Shown here in pieces: positions 56,530 through 64,000 of a stretch of DNA of 64,000 nucleotides. The position numbers and the translations under genes were made by a program. The DNA comes from Octopus vulgaris (taxonomy: Eukaryota), in assembly GCA_951406725.2 (NCBI GenBank), contig OX597821.1, positions 47,678,001 to 47,742,000 of the forward strand, written 5' to 3'. The notes beneath the pieces were generated by a model. It did not search any database and was not told where the DNA came from. It saw only the letters and a program-made list of their open reading frames with translations. Positions within the stretch are counted from its first letter, which is position 1, and every line of letters starts with the position of its first letter.

Positions 56530-57015
56530 AGATGTGAAGTGCATTTAAAAAAGACTCCAACTCTATTTTTTCCTGCTGAAACTAATATTGCAAAAGCAAA
56601 ATCCTTTGATGTCCCCCTTCCTGTGCTTGTGTGAAAATTTTCATGCTGGTAGGCTTTGTCAGTTCCTGGTTGTTACACTTAGAGTACAAGTGTAGTGCAC
56701 ACTCGTCAGATTTTTGTTTGAACACAAGATGGTCCAACACACTGAGCAGAGATATTGCATCAAGTTTTGCTAAAAGCTCGGTAATTCTTTAACTCAAACC
56801 ATCCAGAAGATTCAGGAGGCCTCTGGTGATGATGTCATGGGCAAAACTCAGATCAAGGAGTGGCACCACCACTTCAAACATGGCCGCACCTCAGTGGAGA
56901 GCATGACATTCTCAGGCAGATCATTCACAAGCCAAAATGAGGAGCCAGTTGAGAAGGTTTGGAGAATAGTCATGAAAGACTAGTAGAAGAAACTTATCTG
57001 AGAAGTCACAAAGAG
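56530..57015 (+). mobile_element. Mariner 5' fragment (HTH region)
   Basis: EQRYCIKFC*KLG..TIQKIQEASGDDVMGKTQIKEWHHHFKHGRTSVES..SGR. Confidence 0.85.
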
Positions 57016-57119
57016 AGGCTGAACCCAATGAAAAGCCAAGTGGCTGTAAAACAAATGCTTTAACCACAGAACCATACGACCACACCTATACATGGTCGTA
57101 TGTATGTTCTCAATAAGCT

Positions 57120-58265
57120 TTCTTATAAGATTCTTCTATAAATCTGCTGTAAACTTCAATAACTGCTTCAATGCAGGACCAGAATCATTGACATACCTGC
57201 ATTAAATGTTTCTTAATCATTCAGGACATCATCTGAACAATGGAAGTCTGCTGTAAATCTTTGATATTGTAAGAATGTCAATTAATCTCCCTTTCAACAA
57301 TGTTTCAAATGTAGTAGTCCATGGAATTAAGATCTGGTGAATTTGGAGGGCATAAATTTGGTAATATATGATCATAAAATTGCCTGCCATCAGTTTTTGA
57401 GTTACAGGGTCTTTGTCAGAAAGTGTTGTGTCTTGCTGAAACTCATATGGCCTTCTACTGCATACTTCATCATCCATTCAGAGCTTAAGTGTCTCCAGCA
57501 CACCAGCATATCTAGCAGCATTAATTATAAGGCATGGTGAGAAAATGAGAGATGGCATGATATTTGTAATCCATCCCTCAAAAAACCATTATTGTCACTG
57601 GAAGATTAATACACTTCATTCAGGAGACAACAGCAGAACCTGCTCACAACTAGTTGCCATTTTTTCAATTAGCCTTTTGGTCTTACTCAATGTTTTTCTC
57701 ATCAGAAAAGAACTAAAGTATGCTATATTCACGAGGATTTAACCTTATTATATAACAGCTTGGCATGGATCAGATGGTATTCATGTGTCTTTGCAGACAT
57801 GAATTAGCTTCTCAGTACAAACAACTTGTATCAAATGTCCTCATACACCAAAGTTCTGATAGTCCTTTCCAATAGCAGAAGTTCTTTGGTGATGACCCTT
57901 ATTGATTTTTCAGCATCATCATTGATGCTTTGAATATTTTAGGTGAACTATGGTGACCTTATACTGTATGAATGTTTAGAGTGTGTTTTTTTTTCTCTTT
58001 TGGATTTAGTAGAAACATTCCTGCCAGAGGCTTCCGGTTCCATCCGAAATTTGAGTACAAAAGATCTTGTAACATTTAGAAAGTTGGCAATTTCTAAATC
58101 AATGCTCTGTATATATTGCAACAATGACTCGAAGATTTTTCTTCCTCATGTTAGTGTTATATCTGCCTTGAGGGATCTGAAAAGAATAGAAACCTTTTGA
58201 TTGGTTTGAAAAAAAGTAACTTACTGATAATTAAGGGTCCCCAAATACACCATGTAACCTCTGTA
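57120..58265 (-). mobile_element. Degenerate DD37D/maT-like Tc1/mariner element
   Basis: LEIANFLNVTRSFVLKFR.EPEASGRNVST; RPYEFQQD; DLNSMDYYI-like motif; end reads TA-cagaggttac on the minus strand. Confidence 0.75.
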
Positions 58266-58556
58266 TGTGTGTAGGTGCATGTGTGTGTGTGTGTGCGCGT
58301 TTGTGTGTGTGTGTGTTTGTGTGTGTATGTGTGTATGTGTGTGCATTAGTATCAGAAAATAAAAGTTGGAGAGGCAATTGTTAATTTGTTAATGGCTTCA
58401 AAGCATCAAAGCACTAATTGTCTGTATCTATTATACACTTTTTTACATATTCCTACCCATTATAGATGTGTATATTTATATTTGTATATATCTTTCTGAA
58501 GGTGTGTGTGTGTATATATATCTATCTATCTCTCTCTCTATATATATATATATATA

Positions 58557-58985
58557 AAGTTAATCCAAACAAGAAAGCACAAAAAAAACATAACAACGCG
58601 AGGACGTGGAACAAATATAGTATTATTGGACGCTCAGGAAAGAAGGAAAGAAGGAGGGGTTAACGTTTCGAGCGAAGCTCTTCGTCGGAAATATAGGAGA
58701 AGGAAAAATCCAGAGAAGGGAAGACAAAGGAAAAAAGATCGCCAACGGTACATACATATATATATATTGTTATATTTCGGAATGGTCATATTGCCAGTTT
58801 AGCCAATAACATATTTAAACGTATATATATATATTTTCTCTCCTTGTTTTTTTCTGTGTCCCTTTCTGTAGAAGAGCATAGGCTCGAAACGTAAAAGACT
58901 TTTTCTATTCCTGAGCGTTAAACTAATACATCTGTTTGTTTTGTACACCACCTGTCTTCGTCTTTTGTTTTTTTCACGAACTCTC

Positions 58986-58990
<5 letters not shown>
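58557..58990. mobile_element. Two divergent Penelope pLTR-like units in opposite orientation, each with a minimal hammerhead motif
   Basis: Minus: CCGACGA-A-GAGC-TTC-GCTC-GAAAC-GTT (58658-58691); plus: CTTT-CTGTAGA-A-GAGC-ATAG-GCTC-GAAAC-GTA-AAAG (58862-58897); both followed by cctgagcgt; TA flanks. Confidence 0.75.
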
Positions 58991-59034
<44 letters not shown>

Positions 59035-59254
59035 CATACATGGCCTCCTCACTTAGCCAGCGGGGTGGCATCATTCAAAGGCTAAAACAATGCAAACACA
59101 TTGTGACCAGTGATGTGTAACAACATCTGATGGTCTGGTCGGTCACGTGATCACGTGATATACATACATACATACATACCTATCGTTCATCGGATAATTA
59201 CTTTTACTCTTTTTCAGGAGTCACATTCAAAGTATTATTATATATATAATAGAT

Positions 59255-59858
59255 TTCTCAATGGGGATCTCAGGAGAGAGTTTCAGGGAGTCACTGGTGA
59301 TGTATCGTGATGATCAAAAATCCGGCCTGCTAAAATTTAGTTAAAGTGATTCAAACTGCAGACTCAACACAAAATGGTCACGTTTAATTCAAAGCGTTAA
59401 AAATGTTATGAAAACAATTGGTATGTGTTCATAAAGTCCAAACGATTAATACGAAAATACCCTCCAGGCTACATCCCGAAAATTCATTTCTTTGCCAAAT
59501 TTCTACAATGTTTACAGCGATTTGTTTTTATATCTTGATTTTTTAAATTTTTCATGCAATTTACAAATGCTTGCACGCGTGGTGAACACAGTTCACGTCA
59601 AACAGCTGACTGAGTAAAGTTCACTATTCAATGTATGGGATAAGGTCTAAATAAACACATTATCGATTTTTGCACTTGCAAGATGAATTTCTGAACTGAA
59701 ATAGCGCAGTTCAATTTTCATTCACCTAAACTTTAAGTGACCCATTTTTGGTGGTTCTACGATTTGTTGGCTAGGAGGAGATGTGCTGGGAAGTTAAACA
59801 CACAGACACACACACAGATACACACACAGACACACAAGTTGAGTTTTATATATATATA
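59255..59858 (-). mobile_element. Possible non-autonomous Helitron-like element
   Basis: Minus strand starts (TA)n-aaaactcaactt-(gtgtct)n; CpG-richer body; no CTAG terminus seen. Confidence 0.4.
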
Positions 59859-60289
59859 TGTGTGTGTGTGTATGTGTGTGTGTGTGTAGGTATATATATA
59901 TAAATACACACACACACATACACACACAAGCACATGCACATATGCTGTTAACAACCTTAGTTATATGTTATCATGTACACAAGCATTTTGAAGTGAAGGG
60001 TATGTTATAAACTTACCTATATTAGCAGACATTATACATCTTTATCTAGTGTATAGACAATTTCTATGAAGATGATAGTACATGTGAAGAAAATGGCAGC
60101 CGTAAATATAAAAGTAAAATCAAACAGAAATTGATCTTTTCATTTATTAAGAACTATTTGAGATACATAAACATAACACATACAGAATGTTTTCAGTTAA
60201 ATGTCATAAATATATACACACACATATACTCTTATGATTTATCTCTTTCTCTGCCCATCTGTCTCATTCTCATTCACTATGCCATCTTT

Positions 60290-60940
60290 ATCATACAGCT
60301 AGGTCTCCTGTTTTGTTATGCATTTATATAAGCTGGGTTACCTGGCCAATATGTTTGTAGAAACCAAGGCTTTCTGATATGCTCATCTTCTATATCAAAG
60401 TGTCAATGTAACTATTATTCAGTAGACAGCTGGAAAATCTCTAGGGCAAAATGCTGATGAAAATCTTGCTGAACATGTTAAGCATAGTGATGGTGGGTTG
60501 TTTGATTATTTGATGTTCTTAGTTTATTTATTTGATTTTTCAGTTCTTTCCTCTTATGAAAAGTGTGCCCCTTCCATGATTGGGTAATCTACTTCACCTC
60601 CAACTCACTTCAGAGCCTTCCACATTCAGTGGGGTAGCTTTGGACAATTTTGTAGACATTGTATAGAATTCCACTTGAACCTAGAACTGAGTTAAATCAT
60701 TCTCTCTTCATTACTTATTTTATTTCTCTCAGATAAGATTACCCCAAGTTGATTTTCACTGGTAACATCATAAGCGTCTTGCTTGCGACAGTGGTTGATC
60801 TACCTTTATTACTTTTGTAAGATCAAAGGAGGGACACGTTAATAGCTTCCTTGGAACAGGTCAACTGACCAGTACACTTCTTACCAGTGACCTGCTTAAT
60901 CAATCTGAAGAAGTAAGCCAGGAATATAAAAAAGGATAAA
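60290..60940 (-). mobile_element. HERO/NeSL-like non-LTR RT remnant
   Basis: KQVTGKKCTGQLTCSKEAIN; GSSGILYNVYK.CPKL..MWKALK; KIFISIL..LLNNSYIDT..HIGQVTQLI..GDLAV. Confidence 0.7.
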
Positions 60941-60944
60941 GATA

Positions 60945-61250
60945 CTCTTCAATCATGAATGACCATGGGATTACATCGAGAAAGTTCCCCCTGCCAAGCT
61001 ACAGGCCTGTGCAAGGTAGTTCATGGAAGACCATTTGTCACCCATGCATATAAGTCTCTCTACTGATGTTGTCCAAGGGAAAGACAGCTTGGCATCAGTG
61101 ATGACACAACTCATTTCTACAGCTGAGTGAACAGAAGCAATGTGAAATGAAGTGTCTTGCTCAAGAATGCAACGCACATCCTGGCATGGATCAGTGGTTA
61201 GAGCATTAGGTTTACAATCATGAGGTTGTGAATTCGATTCCCAAACCAGG
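60945..61250 (-). mobile_element. SINE family B body (minus) with tRNA head in opposite orientation (61185-61250)
   Basis: Body is the reverse complement of 25620-25845; head reads forward catggatcagtggttagagc..gattccc. Confidence 0.7.
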
Positions 61251-61266
61251 AATATACATATTATAT

Positions 61267-61308
<42 letters not shown>

Positions 61309-61311
<3 letters not shown>

Positions 61312-61780
61312 CGTAGGTGTAGCTGTGTGGTAAGTAGCTTGTTTACCAACCACATGGTTCCGGGTTCAGTCCCACTGCGTGCCACCTTGGGCAAGTGTCT
61401 TCTACTATAGCCTCAGGCTGTGTCTTCTGCTATAGCTGCCAGCTAACCAAACCCTTGTGAGTGGATCTGGTTACTGGAAGCTGACAGAAACACATTTCCA
61501 ATGTGCATGCATGTGTGTGTGTGTGTGTGTGTGTGTTACTGTCTCTTTGCCTTGATATTGCCAGATAATTGTCTCACTGTCATGAAAGCAGTGTCCTTCT
61601 TTTAGAATCTTCACTGATAACGTGTCTGCTCATGGAGAAATATGACCATATTTGGAATCAGGTGAGGGTAAGGTGACAGGAAGGATATATGGTTATTGAA
61701 AATTTACTGCAACACATTCCATTCAAACTATGAGAGCACAGAATAGTGGATGTTAAAATGATGATGATGCTGATGATGGT
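61309..61780 (+). mobile_element. SINE A-type head followed by a diverged body with GAT tail
   Basis: ggcgtaggtgtagctgtgtggtaagtagc...; ends ggatgttaaaatgatgatgat. Confidence 0.65.
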
Positions 61781-61794
61781 AATTTTTACATACA

Positions 61795-62050
61795 TAATGG
61801 CTCAGTGATTTCACGTTGCTCCAGTTCACTCACCTGTAAAAATTAGTTGCAACACTACTGTTGCCAATCTGTATCAGCCTTTGCCTTTCCCTTGGACAAC
61901 ATTGGTGACATGGACAGGGGAGACTGATATGCATGAGCAACTGCTGGTCTTCCACAAACAACCTTACCCAGACATGTATCAGAGATGAACTTTCTAGATG
62001 TTATCCCACGATCATTCATGACTAACGGGTGTCTTTACCCCGTCTTTACC
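61795..62050 (+). mobile_element. SINE family B, head mostly deleted
   Basis: atttcacgttgctccag..cctttgcctttcccttgga..aactttctag.tg..atccca.g.tcattcatgact. Confidence 0.75.
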
Positions 62051-62199
62051 CTTTACATACACACACATACATGCACATATATAACCATTCCTTCTGTGTT
62101 CTGCTTGTTATAACCAGAAATAGCTCTGATGAAAGTAGCATTGATTTTTTTTAGGTCGTTCAATTTTTTGCAACTAATCAATAGACCAAGTGAGTATAT

Positions 62200-62617
62200 A
62201 GGCGCAGGAGTGGCTGTGTGGTAAGTAGCTTGCTAACCAACCACATGGTTCCGGGTTCAGTCCCACTGTGTAGCATCTTGGGCAAGTGTCTTCTACTATA
62301 GCCCTGGGCCGACCAATGCCTTGTGAGTGGAATTGGTAGACGGAAACTGAAAGAAGCCTGTCGTATATATGTATATATATATGTATGCGTGTGTGTTTGT
62401 GTGTCTGTGTTTGTCCCCCTAGCATTGCTTGACAACCGATGCTGGTGTGTTTACTTCCCCGTCACTTAGCGGTTCGGCAAAAAGAGACCGATAGAATAAG
62501 TACTGGGCTTACAAAGAATAAGTCCCGGGGTCGATTTGCTCGACTAAAGGCGGTGCTCCAGCATGGCCGCAGTCAAATGACTGAAACAAGTAAAAGATAA
62601 AAAAAAAAGATAAAGAT
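62200..62617 (+). mobile_element. tRNA-SINE family A, full length
   Basis: Matches other copies. Confidence 0.9.
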
Positions 62618-63254
62618 ATCAACCAGTAATGTACCTATAAATACTACTGGAAACAGCTGTAAGCCAAATTTGCTCTATTAAAGGATAAATATGTAACGAC
62701 CATCATTTTTAACTTGCTGTTTATACATATATATGTATGTGAGTGTGTGTATGCATCTGTGTGCCTAACCGTTAGTTTGTGTATTCTCCAAAATATTGCA
62801 AGTTACAACCAGTAATTCTGCTGTCTTTTCTTCTATCAGCCAGTTTTCTGCAGAATTTCTACATAAAAAAAGCAGGTAAAATCGGAGATCTCTTGCTTGA
62901 AAAACTGGTAAAGGTTAGCAAACAAGAAGGGTATCCAACTGCAAATCAATGCCTCAACAATGCATTCCTCTAACCCATGCGTGTATGGAAAACTAATGTG
63001 AAAACAAATAAGTTTAAACATCTACTCATCTATACATGTGAAAACATTTATACAATATCACAGAAACAATGTACGTATGAAGCAAATACATTTATAAATA
63101 CATACACATATGCACACACAAAAACACACATCCTTATTTATACATATCTAAACTCGGCCAACCATCTATTCTTACATTCTGCATCGATGAATTGCTGTTA
63201 GCGTATCTGTGTACACTTATATACAAATGTGTTAGCAAGTCAACGTCTCTCTGT

Positions 63255-63329
63255 CTATCTGTACATACATATATATATATATATGCATGTGTGCATTAAT
63301 GTATGTATGAATGTGTGTGCATGTATGTT

Positions 63330-63394
<65 letters not shown>

Positions 63395-63628
63395 GTATAT
63401 ATATATGTAAATATATATGTATATATATATATATGTGTATATATATATATATCATTATCACCATTTAGTGTTTGTATTCTAGTTGGACAACACACATACA
63501 CATACATATGTGTCTGCTTATACATATATATGTTTACACACAGATTTATATATGTATGTACATACTTAAGTATCTATATATGCGCATGTATGTATGTATG
63601 TATGTATGTATGTATGTATGTATGTATG

Positions 63629-63667
<39 letters not shown>

Positions 63668-63710
63668 ATGTATGTATGTATGTGTGTGTGTGTGTATGTA
63701 TGTATGTAAT
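63255..63710. repeat. Compound (TA)/(TG)/(TATG)n microsatellite field
   Basis: Direct reading. Confidence 0.95.
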
Positions 63711-64000
63711 GTTTTTTCAATATTATAAACAATATTTCCCAATACTTATTTTGTCTGAAATAAAATACTTGAAGAATATCAACTTGATAGTTATTTTGAC
63801 ATTTTGTTTGTGTTTTTCATCTTCAGGTTGTCTCAGATATGTGCAAGAGAAACTATGTTGTTTGATCTCTTTCCTATAAATCACATACAGGATTCCATTT
63901 TCTTTACTGTCTACTGTTTGTTAACCATTTTCTTCACAATGGAACAGAAGATTTCTCTATTCACTTAACTGACTTTTTTGGGGTTTCATTCTCAATGTTT

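Overview
AT-rich eukaryotic DNA made almost entirely of transposon remnants and microsatellites. The repeat types (tRNA-SINEs, RTE LINEs with (GAT)n tails, dense TA/CA/TATG tracts) look like an octopus/coleoid intron or intergenic region; this taxonomic assignment is inference from recalled repeat sequences. No intact host gene is evident, and most ORFs in the track are microsatellite artefacts. Recognisable elements: a young 5'-truncated Tx1/L1 LINE; R4/Dong, HERO-like, RTE, BovB-like and CR1 LINE fragments; a Neptune-type Penelope (GIY-YIG) remnant; several Tc1/mariner and pogo/Tigger elements; a Helentron-like element; and at least four SINE families, some nested. The most notable unexplained pattern is a set of mostly sequence-unrelated fold-back elements with the layout (TA)n - one-sided tail - arm/inverted arm - (TA)n. 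Several carry minimal type-I hammerhead ribozyme motifs (CYGANGA...GAAAC-palindrome-GUH), some with a very long helix II. A non-coding element with an RTE-like 5'UTR and a possible HDV-like ribozyme fold is also present. All structures were read by eye and coordinates are approximate.
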